Source: Spirochaetia bacterium (lineage in GTDB: Bacteria; Spirochaetota; Spirochaetia; SZUA-6; Bin103). From it: DNA of 64,000 bases. Positions 10,792 to 20,801 of this stretch are shown one piece after another; position 1 is the stretch's first letter; each line of letters opens with the position of its first letter. Position numbers and translations under genes: made by a program. The stretch covers positions 448,001 through 512,000 of the forward strand of contig CBDATQ010000002.1 in NCBI GenBank assembly GCA_965199955.1, in the 5' to 3' direction. Below the pieces are notes generated by a model. It was not told the DNA's origin. It did no database searches and saw only the letters and a list, made by a program, of their open reading frames with translations.

Positions 10792-12365
10792 AGCCTGGTT
10801 TCGCCGGTCGCTTACGCCGCTACGACCAGGAGGTGCTCAAGGCCCTCACGCAGATCTGGTACGTATTCGACTTCATGTGCGGCAAGCGCCTGGTGGTCGT
10901 GCTGCGCACCATGCTGGCGGTCCTCGACTCGTTCGGCGAGATCCCGCTCAGCGACCAAGTGCGCGCCAAGCTGCTGAGCATCAGCGCCGCCACCATCGAC
11001 CGGCTACTGCAGCCCGAGCGCGCGCGGCTGCAGATCAAGGGCCGCACCCACACCAAGCCGGGCAGCCTCCTGAAGCACCAGATCCCGATCCGCACCTTCG
11101 CCGACTGGAACGAACAGGAGCCGGGCTTCTTCGAGATCGACCTGGTGGGCCACGACGGCGGCAATGCCTCCGGCGAGTTGTGCCACACGCTGAGCCTCAC
11201 CGACGTCGACACCGGCTGGGTCGAGCTGCACGGGCTGAAGAACAAGGCGCAGCGTTGGACCCACGCGGCCCTGCAGGACGCACGCCGCACGCTGCCGATC
11301 CCGCTCAAGGGCATCGACACCGACAACGGCAGCGAATTCATCAACCACCACTTGGTCGGCTTCTGCAACGAGCATCAGATCACCTTCACGCGCGCGCGCC
11401 CGTACCGCAAGAACGACACCTGCTACGTCGAGCAGAAGAACGGCCACGTGGTGCGCCGCGCGGTCGGCTACCTGCGCCACGACACCGACGAGGAGCTGGG
11501 AGCTCTCAACGCCGTCTACGCCACGCTCGGCCTCCTGGTCAACTTCTTCTACCCCTCGGTGAAGCTCATCAAGAAGACCCGCTACGGCTCCACGGTGCGC
11601 CGCGTCCATGACCAGCCCCAGACTCCGTATCAGCGCGTGCTGCAATCTTCGGCGGTGGACGCCGAGGTCAAGGCGCGGCTCAAACAGCAGTATGAGACGC
11701 TGAACCCCGTGGCCCTCAAGCGCGAGCTGACCCGATTGACCGATCACCTGCTGCGGGCGCATGCCGACAAGACACGGCCCCCGGCACGGCCGAGCAACCG
11801 ATGAGCGTTGGCGCCGAACGGCGGCTCGGACCGCTCTGGAGGGTCGCTCGGCCTCAGCGGGCCGTGAGCGGAGAAATCAACGCGCGAGGATTGCCCTCAC
11901 GGCGTTTGCTGAGCCGGGTTGGTGTCCCGATACCCGCAGTGCGCTCCACCAACGTTGATTCGCGTCCGGCTCTGTGCACCGCGACGCCACCGCTGCTGCC
12001 TGCGCTCGCAGACCACCTGCCCGTGTGCGGGAGCCTGGCGCTCGCCACAATCCGCTCCGATGGGCAGCTCCGCAACGGCAGCCACCGTCTGCAGCGAGCA
12101 CTCTTGCCGCACGCGCCACGACGCCGCCCACGTTTATCCACCTATCCACAGCCTGTGAGTCTCCCCCCTCGCGCTCCCCCCTCGTTTTCCGCCGCCGCCT
12201 TCGGTTAGATTCTTTCGTGAGGCATGGCCTCGCTACGGTTCGATTCTTAGTTGAGGCAATAGGCACCGCTCGCGCCGATCAACCCCCCAGCCAGCACTGC
12301 GGGGTCTTTCGCCGGATGTATGCCCCACTACCGAGGCGTGCCACAATTCCCGACGGACAGAGAAC

Positions 12366-12563
12366 TTGCAAGGGAGATTCGACGACGACCTGGTTCGCGA
12401 GGCGATGGCGATCCATCCCGGCAAGACGAAGACCGCGGTGCTGGAACTCGGTCTGACGGAACTGATCAACGCCGAGCGGCGCAGCAGGCTGACCGCGGCG
12501 TTCGGATCTCAGCCCGAGATGCAGACCGTAACGCGCCGGCGGCCGGCACGCGGCCGGCAGTGA
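12366..12563 (+). CDS. vapB: VapB-like antitoxin (N-terminus apparently replaced)
   Basis: DDDLVREAMAIHPGKTKTAVLELGLTELI resembles RHH VapB; GTGA overlap with the PIN gene. Confidence 0.6.
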   Translation: MQGRFDDDLVREAMAIHPGKTKTAVLELGLTELINAERRSRLTAAFGSQPEMQTVTRRRPARGRQ

Positions 12564-12944
12564 TCGTCCTCATCGACACGAGCGTGTGGCTCGGGTTTCT
12601 GCGGGGGGGAGGAGTCGGCGCTGGCCGCGAGGGACTGGATCACGAGCGGGCAGGCCCTGGTGCACCCGTACGTGGTGGGTGAGCTGCTGCTCGGCGGCCT
12701 GTCCGCCGAGAACGAGGCGCTGATGCACTCGCTGGACTGGTGCGAACCGGCCAACGGCGGCGAGTTGCACGACTTCATTCGCCGCTTCCGCCCCGCCGGC
12801 ACCGGAATCGGCTGGGTGGACGCCGCACTGCTCCTTGCTGCTCAGGCCGCCGGCGCCTGGCTCGCCACGTACGACTCCACCCTTGCCCACTGCGCTCGCC
12901 AGCTCGACATCGGCACATCCCTGCCTCTGCCGGCGCAGGAATAG
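12560..12944 (+). pseudogene. vapC: VapC PIN-domain toxin, +1 frameshift in a G7 run at about 12603-12609
   Basis: VIVLIDTSVWLGFLRG then, after the shift, EESALAARDWITSGQALVHPYVVGELLLGG...GIGWVDAALL...LATYD. Confidence 0.8.
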
Positions 12945-12977
12945 CGCCGTCCCGCACGGGGCGGGCGCCGACCGCTG

Positions 12978-14405
12978 TCAGTCGCTGAGGTTCGCGCGGC
13001 GCTCCGCCTCCACGGACGCGAACCAGTTCTCCGCCGCGATCCGCATGCGGGAGAGACGGTCGGGGTGGGCCGCCGCCAGGTCGCGCGCCTCGCAGGGATC
13101 GTCGGCGATGTGGTACAGCTCGGGCTGCTCCGGCGCCGACAGCGTGCGCCCGACCGACGGGTTGCGCACCGCCATCTCGAAGTGCCCCCGCGACATCAGG
13201 TCGCGCACCGCCACGTTGTCCTCCTGCAGCTTGACCATCGCCTCCGGGATGCGCGGCCAGTAGAGCTTCCAGGGGCCGTCGCGCATCGCCAGGTTGCAGC
13301 ACGGCACCGGGTCGTAGCGGTTGAACTGCCAGAAGCGCGGCGCCGCGCCTGCGGGCGAGGTGCCGCGCAGCCGGGGGAGCTGATCGCAGCCGTCCAGCGG
13401 CAGCCCGTCCGGAGTCGCGCCCGCGGCGGCGGCCAGCGTCGGCAGCCAGTCGCAGAAGTGGATCATCTCGTCGCACGCGGCGCTGGCCGGCAGGCGGTCC
13501 GGCCAGCGGACGATCGCCGGCACGCGGATGCCGCCCTCCAGCACGTCCTGCTTCTGGCCGCGGAACGGACCGTTGTAGCGGTTCATGCTGAAGCGCCGCC
13601 CGCCGTAGCGGTCGGGGCCGAGCCAGGGGCCGTTGTCGCTGGTCAGCAGCACCACGGTGTCGTCGGCGCAGCCGGCGGCATCGAGCGCATCGAGGACCTG
13701 CCCGATGCCCTCATCCATGCGCGCCACCATGCCGTACAGGGTGGCAAGCGCGGGGTTCAGGTCGCCGCGTTGCAGGAACGGCGCGCAACTCTCCACGGGC
13801 GCCTGCAGAGGCGCGTGCGGCGCGTGGTAGGCGACCACCAGGAAGAACGGCTGCCGGGCGGAGGCACCGGGCGCCGCCGCGCATCGCCGGATGAAGTCGA
13901 CCGCCTCGGAGGTGAGCACGTCGGTCTGGTAGCGGCCGTCGGCCCGGCGCGGACTGCCGTTGTAGTCCAGGAACCAGTTCCAGTAGTCCATGATGCCGCC
14001 CAGGAAGCCGGCGAACTCCGCGAAGCCGCGCCGGTTGGGGTGGTACCTCGGATCGTGCAGGCCGCTGTGCCACTTGCCCACGTAGCCGGTGCGGTAACCG
14101 GCGGCGGCGAAGACGTCGCCGATGGTGCGCTCGCGCAGGGCGATGCGGTCCAGGCCGCGGTTCGACTCCACGCTCAGCGCGCCGCAGCGGTGGTGGTAAC
14201 GCCCGGTGAGCAGCGCGGCCCGCGCCGGCGCGCAGATCGGCGCACCGCTGTAGTGCTGGGAGCAGCGCACGCCCTCGGCGGCCAGCCGGTCGATGTGGGG
14301 CGTGGACAGGACGGTGTTGCCGTAGCAGCTCAGATCGCCGTAGCCCAGGTCGTCGGCCAGGAAGAGGACGACGTTGGGACGCGTCCGCGACGGTGCGGCA
14401 GCCAT
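12978..14405 (-). CDS. Sulfatase (formylglycine-dependent)
   Basis: PNVVLFLADDLG, CAPARAALLTGR, GKWH, SDNG, EGGIRVP motifs. Confidence 0.93.
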   Translation of the reverse strand: MAAAPSRTRPNVVLFLADDLGYGDLSCYGNTVLSTPHIDRLAAEGVRCSQHYSGAPICAPARAALLTGRYHHRCGALSVESNRGLDRIALRERTIGDVFAAAGYRTGYVGKWHSGLHDPRYHPNRRGFAEFAGFLGGIMDYWNWFLDYNGSPRRADGRYQTDVLTSEAVDFIRRCAAAPGASARQPFFLVVAYHAPHAPLQAPVESCAPFLQRGDLNPALATLYGMVARMDEGIGQVLDALDAAGCADDTVVLLTSDNGPWLGPDRYGGRRFSMNRYNGPFRGQKQDVLEGGIRVPAIVRWPDRLPASAACDEMIHFCDWLPTLAAAAGATPDGLPLDGCDQLPRLRGTSPAGAAPRFWQFNRYDPVPCCNLAMRDGPWKLYWPRIPEAMVKLQEDNVAVRDLMSRGHFEMAVRNPSVGRTLSAPEQPELYHIADDPCEARDLAAAHPDRLSRMRIAAENWFASVEAERRANLSD

Positions 14406-14435
14406 GCGGCGGGCGGATCGCTCTGGTGCCCTGCG

Positions 14436-15275
14436 CTAGGCGCGCGCCGGCTGCTTCTTGAGGTGCTGCTCCTGCCCCTGGCCCACCACCTTGTAGGTCA
14501 GGCCCTGCTGCTTGCCGCGGCGCTTCAGGCCGGACACCACGAAGTTGTTGTAAGGCTCCGTCGGCTCCACGAAGGTCGGCCGCATGGCGGCGTCGTGAAA
14601 GCCGATCCGTACCGAGCGGCGCCAGCGGTCGGTGGTGTTCATGTCCGACCAGTGGATGGTCAGGTAGCTGAAGAAGATCACGTCACCGGCCATGGCCGGC
14701 ACCGCCACCGACGGCGTCTTGTCGGGATGGTACTGCTCGGGCGGCAGGTAGGGCCGGGTATGGTCGCCGGTGATGTGCTCCAGGGGGCCCTGCTTGTGGC
14801 TCCCGGAAACGACCTGCAGACAGCCCGAGGCTTCCGGCGAATCGTCCAGATGCAGCAGGCAGTCGACGAAGTCGGGCCCGTCGTGGGGATAGAACGGGTA
14901 GTCCTGGTGCATGGGAAACGGCGTGCCGCGCTCCGGCGGCTTGGCGTGCAGGATCGTGCCGTGCCACTGCACGGCGGGGCCGACCAGGGCGCGCACGCAC
15001 TCGGTCAGCCGCTGGTGGAAGATGATTCGCCCCCAGGCCGCCGAGTAGAACTGCGGATTGGCGATGAACACGGCGCGCGTGTTCTCCTGCTCGCCCGCAG
15101 GCAGGTAGTGGTCGCGCCACGGCCCCTTCCAGCCAATGCTGTCCTCTCCCCACCACTCCTCGACTATGAAGTCCATCTCCCGCTCCAGCTCCTCCAGCTC
15201 CTCGTCCGTGAAGATGTTGGAGACCCGGAGATAGCCGTCGTTGCGGTACGCCTCGACCTGTTTCTGCGTCAGCAT
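14436..15275 (-). CDS. Phytanoyl-CoA dioxygenase (PhyH) family protein
   Basis: HQD iron motif, GCLQVVSGSH, distal His (IHWS). Confidence 0.88.
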   Translation of the reverse strand: MLTQKQVEAYRNDGYLRVSNIFTDEELEELEREMDFIVEEWWGEDSIGWKGPWRDHYLPAGEQENTRAVFIANPQFYSAAWGRIIFHQRLTECVRALVGPAVQWHGTILHAKPPERGTPFPMHQDYPFYPHDGPDFVDCLLHLDDSPEASGCLQVVSGSHKQGPLEHITGDHTRPYLPPEQYHPDKTPSVAVPAMAGDVIFFSYLTIHWSDMNTTDRWRRSVRIGFHDAAMRPTFVEPTEPYNNFVVSGLKRRGKQQGLTYKVVGQGQEQHLKKQPARA

Positions 15276-15380
15276 GGGAGATGACCGTAAGCCACCCCGC
15301 GAGCTCTGTCGAGTTGACGGTCGCGCCGCTGCCGTGCCGCGGCTGGCAGGGGCGATCCATCGCTCGGACCGTGTCCGGCC

Positions 15381-15530
15381 TCAATCGCGGGACTCCCGCT
15401 CGGCGATGCCGGACAGCTCGACCGGCGGACGGTCGGGGAACGTGGCGATGAGCTCCGCCGCCCGTTCCTCGACCTTGCGCCGCCGCGCGGGGTCGAGCCC
15501 TGCGATCACGTCATTCACGTTCAGAGCCAT
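15381..15530 (-). pseudogene. XRE-type antitoxin with the HTH core deleted
   Basis: MALNVNDVIAGLDPARRRKVEERAAELIA joined directly to the family C-terminus FPDRPPVELSGI; upstream TRIQEEGGS* overlaps by TGATG, like a toxin tail. Confidence 0.6.
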
Positions 15531-15559
15531 CACGATCCTCCTTCCTCCTGGATCCGAGT

Positions 15560-15874
15560 GATCGGTGTCGTCACTGCCGACGTAGGCGTGGCCGGCGCGG
15601 TCGATCACCATGTCGTTGCAGGGGAACCCCGTGATCCGGCGCATCTCGGCGACGGCGGCGGTGCTCCCGTCCCGGCAGGCGATCAGCCTGCCGTCCTGCC
15701 GAGCCCTGACGGGAGTTCTTCGACCGCGGCGATCGTCTCCAGGTCTCCATCGAGGCCCAGACGGTGGACGGTGCCGGCCAGGACGTCGGAGAAATACAAT
15801 CTGTCTCCCCGCCAGCGCGGCCCTTCCGGGAAGTACAGGCCATCCTTGAGGATGGTCGGTTCGCGGCGTGCCAT
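15560..15874 (-). pseudogene. SMP-30/gluconolactonase family fragment
   Basis: GLYFPEGPRWRGDRLYFSDV...PSGLG, then shifted CNDMVIDRAGHAYVG; truncated. Confidence 0.7.
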
Positions 15875-16058
15875 GGTGCCGCCATCGTACACCGGCCGCG
15901 CCGCAAGAGGCCGTCGCGGACCACCGGCGCGGTATGATCGGTACTATGGCCGGCTTCGTGGGGTCGACTGCCCTCCCGACATGGTTCGGGGATGTCGTTG
16001 CAGGCCGCCCCCGTCGAGGCGGCCCCGTGACGGCTCCACTCAGCGGAGGGGACCGCGG

Positions 16059-17297
16059 ATGACCCGGGAGGAACTCCTGGAGCTGATCGAGGCGGGGGAG
16101 AACTCGGGCGTCGAGTTCAAGCGGGACGAGCTGCGGCCCGAGCAACTGGCGCGAGAGGTGGCAGCGCTGGCCAATTTCCAGGGTGGACGCGTACTGCTGG
16201 GCGTGGAGGACGACGGGACCATCACCGGGATACGCCGCGCGGGCCTGGAGCGATGGGTCATGGACACGGTGTTCGGCCATTTGGTCCATCCGCTGTTGCT
16301 GCCGTTCTACGAAGAGGTACCGGTCGCCCCCGATCGCCGCGTCGCCGTCGTCACGGTCACGCAGGGTCCCGTCAAGCCGTACGTGGTCCGGCAGCGCGGC
16401 CGCGAGGACATCTACGTGCGCGTCGGCAGCACATCGCGGCTGGCCACACGGGAGCAGCAGGCGCGGCTGTTCGCCACCGGCGGCCTGCTGCACACGGAGA
16501 TGCTGCCGGTTTCGGGCAGCGGCCTTGCCCATCTCAGCCGGGAACGCCTGGCAGACTACCTCACCACGATCGTGGGAGAACCGAGCGAGCCGCAGGATGA
16601 AGCGGCGTGGCACGAACGCCTGTGCGCCTTGGGCTTCATGGTGGAACGCGACGCCGGCCCGCCCGCGTGCACGATCGCCGGGCTGCTGCTGTTCGGGTAC
16701 CGTCCGCGCCGCCTGCTGCGCCATGCCGGCGTACGCTGGATGTGCTTCAAGGGGCGGGAAAAGGCGTACGACGCGCTGGATGATCAGGTGATCGAGGGGC
16801 CGCTCACCGGCCTCTGGCGGGACTTGCCAGGCGGGCGCGAACTGGTCGAGAAGGGACTCATCGAGCGTCTCGCGGACGCCATGCGCCCGTTCGTCTCGGA
16901 GGAGCCGGGCGCGGTGGATGAGTCAATGCGCCGGGAACGGCGCTGGCACTACCCGCTTGAAGCGCTGCGCGAAGGCGTCGTCAACGCGCTGACCCATCGC
17001 GACTGGACGCGATATGAGGAAGTGGAGGTCGTCCGCTACGTCGATCGGATAGAGATCGTGAGCCCCGGCGCCCTGCAGAACGGCATGACGGTCGCCAAGA
17101 TGATCGCCGGCCAGCGTGCACCGCGCAATCTGCTCATCTCCGAGGTGCTGCGCGATTACAACTATGCCGATGCGCGCGGCATGGGCGTGCGCAACAGGAT
17201 CATGCCGCTGATGCGCGCCCGCAACGGCGTGGACCCCGAGTTCGAAGCGACCGAGGACTACCTGCGGCTGACGCTGCGCCGCGGATCAGAACGCTGA
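16059..17297 (+). CDS. AlbA_2 (Schlafen-like) DNA-binding domain plus RecG C-terminal/HATPase-like domain protein
   Basis: GENSGVEFK, ALANFQGG.VLLGVEDDG, ALREGVVNALTHRD, SPG, RN..I..VL, GMG. Confidence 0.85.
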   Translation: MTREELLELIEAGENSGVEFKRDELRPEQLAREVAALANFQGGRVLLGVEDDGTITGIRRAGLERWVMDTVFGHLVHPLLLPFYEEVPVAPDRRVAVVTVTQGPVKPYVVRQRGREDIYVRVGSTSRLATREQQARLFATGGLLHTEMLPVSGSGLAHLSRERLADYLTTIVGEPSEPQDEAAWHERLCALGFMVERDAGPPACTIAGLLLFGYRPRRLLRHAGVRWMCFKGREKAYDALDDQVIEGPLTGLWRDLPGGRELVEKGLIERLADAMRPFVSEEPGAVDESMRRERRWHYPLEALREGVVNALTHRDWTRYEEVEVVRYVDRIEIVSPGALQNGMTVAKMIAGQRAPRNLLISEVLRDYNYADARGMGVRNRIMPLMRARNGVDPEFEATEDYLRLTLRRGSER

Positions 17298-17361
17298 AAC
17301 CATAGCCGGGGCATGTCGGGGCTGGCCTCGGTGGCCGGTACGAATCAGTAGGGTGATCGGG

Positions 17362-17536
17362 TCAGGCGATGCTCGCAATCGCGTCCAGTTCGTCGGCGAT
17401 CACCTCCTGCTGCTCCTCCAGATCGTAGTCATCCTGCAGGCCCAGCCAGACCGCGGCGTCGTGCCGAAGAACTTCCCCGGTCGAAGCGCCGCGTCAGCCG
17501 TGATTCTGCCTCGCTCCTCGATGATGTCGGCGATGG
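17362..17536 (-). pseudogene. higA: HigA antitoxin C-terminal fragment
   Basis: IADII..RGRITADAALR.GKFFGTTP then shifted WLGLQDDYDLEE. Confidence 0.65.
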
Positions 17537-17723
17537 CCGCCGGGCAACGGCAAGCGGGTGAGCTGGCACCAGGACGCCTCCTACTGGCCGCTGTCACCGA
17601 GCAAGACCGTCACCGCGTGGCTGGCGTCCCGTAGTCGGTGCAGTTGGTCCCATACGGTTCGGTGTCACCGTCTCCTCTCCCCGAGATGACAGGGTGGGGA
17701 GGAGGGCAAGGAAGCCGAGTCCA

Positions 17724-20700
17724 TCACAGATCGCGTTTGACACGGACCGTGGAGGAGCCTTGATGTTTGGCTACCTGGATCTGCTGGGAGAACTCGGAGC
17801 GCAGTTCCGGTATGTGGGTGATGACGCCGACCATGCGGCCGGCAACCTGGAGGCTCTGAATGGTCTCGGAGACCGTCGCAAGGGTGTCCGGGTCGAGGGT
17901 GCCGAAGCCCTCGTCGATGAACAGGCTGTCGAGGTTTACGGCGCCCGCCGCATCCTGCACCTGCCTGCTGAGCTCAAGGGCCAGGGACAATGAGGTGAGG
18001 AAGGTCTCTCCGCCGCTCAGCGTGTCGCTGATCCGCGTCTCGTCGGCGTTGTCGTGGTCGACGACCAGGATCTGGTCGTCCTGAAACGTCAACGAGTAGC
18101 GTTCGCCTGACAACGTGAACAGCCGGTCCGATGCGCCGTGCACGAGCTTCGTGAAACTGTCCTCCAGGACGTACGCCTGGAACCGGTCGCTCTGGAGATC
18201 GGTGGCCAAGCCGCTGAAGAGGTGATGGTCGTCTCTCATGGCCTGCAACTGCTCGTGGAGTGCCTGCGCCCGCGCAAGGCGCTCGGTCATCGTCTCGACC
18301 TGCTGCCCGAGATGCGCGTTCCTCGTGACGAGATCCTCGACTTCGCCCTTGATCTGTCGGTCGTTGGCGCTCGCATCATCGAGCTGTTCGTCCGAAACCC
18401 GTTCGCCGCCCAGGTCGTTCCGCAGGTCGCGGACGCGCAGCTCGGTGGCGTGGAGGTCGCGCTCGTGGTCGGCGACGGACTCGCTCAATCGGGCCTGTGC
18501 GGTATCGTCCCGCACGGCGTTGCGAACGTCGCCCACGCTGTCGAAGCGTGCCTGGGCGACGTGTCGATCACGCTGCTCGATCCGGGCCGTCGCTTCCCGG
18601 TCAGCCTCGCCGGCGGCCCGCTCGCGGTCCCCGTGGGCCTGCTGGGCCGCCGCCAACCCGCGGCGGGCTTCCGCCTCGGCTGACATGGCCTCCCCGTGTG
18701 CGGCTTCCAGATCATCGATGAGAGAGGACAGGTCGGTCCGCTCCTGTCCGGGATCGGCGGACTGGGTGACCCCTGAGATCTCGGCTCTCACGGCGCGGAG
18801 CCGCTCCTCGTCCGCCGTCACTTCCGCGATCCGTTCGCGCCGCTCGTTTCGTACTCGGCCGAGGTCGCTGCGCGTGGTGTGCTCGCTGCGGCGCAGGTCG
18901 GTCAAGTGGAGCTCTGCCGTCTCAAGGCGACCTTGGGCGTCCTCGAAGGAGCTGCGGGCAGTCGTGGTCGTCTCGATCAGTTCCTGAAACCAGGCCACGA
19001 CGGCATCGTCGTCGACCGGCACGCTGTCGCCGATGGCCTCCCGGATGTCGGCTGTCAGCTGGCGGATGTCCGCAAGCGCCTTGTCCATGGTGCTGTCCGC
19101 TTCGGTCAACGCCTCCTGAGCGGCGCGCACGTCGCCTTGGGTCCCCACCAGCGCGTTGCGAGCGTCCTGCGCATCGTCACGTGCGCGCCGCAGCGTGGTG
19201 CTGGCCTCGTCGCGGCCGGAGCGGGCGGCTGCGACGTCAGGGTCCAGATCGGCCGCCGGCGGATCTGCCACGAGTTGCGCACAGACCGGGCACGGGCCCC
19301 CCACTGCCAATGATCCGCGCAAGTCGTTGGCCGCGTCCTGACGGTGGGCCGCATGCAGTGCCTCCTCCGCAGCCTCCACGGCTTGCTCCGCGTCGTGCAG
19401 GGCATCGTCTCTCTCACGCGCTTGGCCCGTGAGCCGCTCGACTTCGACGGCCAGCCCATCCAGCGTCTTGCGCCGCCGCTCCTGTTCCGGCTTCGCATCC
19501 TGGAGCTGCCTGCGGGCGATCGCGAGTTCCGTCGCCGTCTCGCGGACCTTGTCGAGCGCGGCGTCGAGCTCGGCGTCGTACCCGATGGTGTCGAGCTCGG
19601 CGCGGGCTGTTCCCACGAAGGCCTGCTGTCGCGCGGCTTCATCCGCCAACAGCTCCAGACGCTCGCGACCCTGTTCGAGCTCCTGATCGAGCTGTTCGAT
19701 CCGGGTGCGTCTCCTGCCGACCTCGGTTTCGAGCCTCGTGAGCTCGGGGAGCCGTCCGAGTATCCGATCGAGGTTGGCGACGCGGTCACGTAGGGCGGGG
19801 ATCTCCTCCGCCTGCTCCTGGGCCTGTGCCAGCTCCCGAATGCGTTCCTCGTGGACGCGCGTGGCCGCTTCATGCGTTTGCTTGGCGTCCTGCGCGGCGT
19901 TCCTCGCGTGGTCGGCCTCCTGCCCGGCCCGGTCGGCCTCCTCGATCAGTGGAACCAGCGCCGCGGCCCGGCGCGCGGCGTTAAGCTCGCTCCGCGCTTC
20001 CTCGATCTGCGGGGTGATGCCGTGGAGCTCCGCCAGCCTTGCCTCGCTCTTGGCGAGGTCGACCGTTTTCGCGTGTCGATGCCGGATCTCGATCAGCCGG
20101 GACTCGGCGGCTTCGCTCTCCTTGCGCCGCTCTTCGAGTTTCGTTGCCGCCTGCTGCAACTCACGCTGCAAGGCTGCCAGCGTCGCATTGGAGACGCCGC
20201 CGTACTCCTCGCGGAGGCGTTGCTCCAGCGCGCCGAGATCGTGCTTCTTCCGGGTCGACGTGTCCTGTGCGGCCTGTCGCATCCGCTCGTACACGTCGAG
20301 CCGCAGCAGCGTGCGCAGCATTTCGCGGCGTTTGCGCGGATCGGCCTTCAGGAACTTCGCGAATTCCCCTTGCGGAAGGATCACCGCCTGGGTGAACGCA
20401 TCGACGTCCAGGCCGAGCAGACGCGTCACTTCCGCGGACGCCGGGCGGACCTGATCGGCGAGGACGGTGTTGAAGTCCGTCCCGTCGTGCTCCTCCAGGC
20501 GGACGGCAGCCGCGCCCTTGCGGCGCAGTGCGCGGGCGACTCGGAATCGCCGCTTTCCGACCGCGAAGTCGAAGCGGACGCTCACGCGCTCCCGTGCCGC
20601 CGAGATCATCTCCTTCAGGTCGTGCTTGCCGACGCGCGGGACCTCGCCGTACAGCGCGAACAGGATGGCGTCCAGCAGCGTCGACTTGCCTGCGCCGGTG

Positions 20701-20798
20701 GGACCCGAGATCGCGAACAGGTCCAGGCCGGAGAAGTCGATCTCCTGCTTCTCCTTGAAGCAGGTCAGTCCTTCGACGCTGAGCTGGATCGGGCGCAT
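17724..20798 (-). CDS. sbcC: SbcC/Rad50 SMC-family ATPase
   Basis: Walker A GPTGAGKST, LPQGEF, long coiled coil, CPVC zinc hook, LSGGE, FIDEGFG, ITH. Confidence 0.95.
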   Translation of the reverse strand: MRPIQLSVEGLTCFKEKQEIDFSGLDLFAISGPTGAGKSTLLDAILFALYGEVPRVGKHDLKEMISAARERVSVRFDFAVGKRRFRVARALRRKGAAAVRLEEHDGTDFNTVLADQVRPASAEVTRLLGLDVDAFTQAVILPQGEFAKFLKADPRKRREMLRTLLRLDVYERMRQAAQDTSTRKKHDLGALEQRLREEYGGVSNATLAALQRELQQAATKLEERRKESEAAESRLIEIRHRHAKTVDLAKSEARLAELHGITPQIEEARSELNAARRAAALVPLIEEADRAGQEADHARNAAQDAKQTHEAATRVHEERIRELAQAQEQAEEIPALRDRVANLDRILGRLPELTRLETEVGRRRTRIEQLDQELEQGRERLELLADEAARQQAFVGTARAELDTIGYDAELDAALDKVRETATELAIARRQLQDAKPEQERRRKTLDGLAVEVERLTGQARERDDALHDAEQAVEAAEEALHAAHRQDAANDLRGSLAVGGPCPVCAQLVADPPAADLDPDVAAARSGRDEASTTLRRARDDAQDARNALVGTQGDVRAAQEALTEADSTMDKALADIRQLTADIREAIGDSVPVDDDAVVAWFQELIETTTTARSSFEDAQGRLETAELHLTDLRRSEHTTRSDLGRVRNERRERIAEVTADEERLRAVRAEISGVTQSADPGQERTDLSSLIDDLEAAHGEAMSAEAEARRGLAAAQQAHGDRERAAGEADREATARIEQRDRHVAQARFDSVGDVRNAVRDDTAQARLSESVADHERDLHATELRVRDLRNDLGGERVSDEQLDDASANDRQIKGEVEDLVTRNAHLGQQVETMTERLARAQALHEQLQAMRDDHHLFSGLATDLQSDRFQAYVLEDSFTKLVHGASDRLFTLSGERYSLTFQDDQILVVDHDNADETRISDTLSGGETFLTSLSLALELSRQVQDAAGAVNLDSLFIDEGFGTLDPDTLATVSETIQSLQVAGRMVGVITHIPELRSEFSQQIQVAKHQGSSTVRVKRDL

Positions 20799-20801
20799 CG
20801 G

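Larger units (their letters stand above)
8654..10815 (+). mobile_element. IS66-family insertion sequence (degenerate)
   Basis: Ends GTAAGCGTCCGCTGAACC and GGTTTCGCCGGTCGCTTAC; exact 8-bp TSD GCCGCTAC at 8646-8653 and 10816-10823. Confidence 0.95.
8401..11804 (+). pseudogene. rve integrase-core transposase split by IS66 (8401-8653 plus 10816-11804), with a +1 frameshift in a G run near 8555
   Basis: N-part MGLTMGERRALTEQVARRYRSA; rejoined reading ...RPRRY|DQEVLKAL...EIDLVGH...DTDNGSEFIN...RPYRKND..VEQKN. Confidence 0.88.
6309..12261 (+). mobile_element. Host IS with rve/DDE integrase-core transposase (ISNCY-like), interrupted by IS1634 and IS66
   Basis: Left end cattgccttcaccaggaatctaaccctgccgaaagcgtgcctcacctaaaaatctaa|ccgaagcggc matches the reverse complement of the right end 12190-12261 (tattgcctcaactaagaatcgaaccgtagcgaggccatgcctcacgaaagaatctaaccgaaggcggc). 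Confidence 0.8.
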
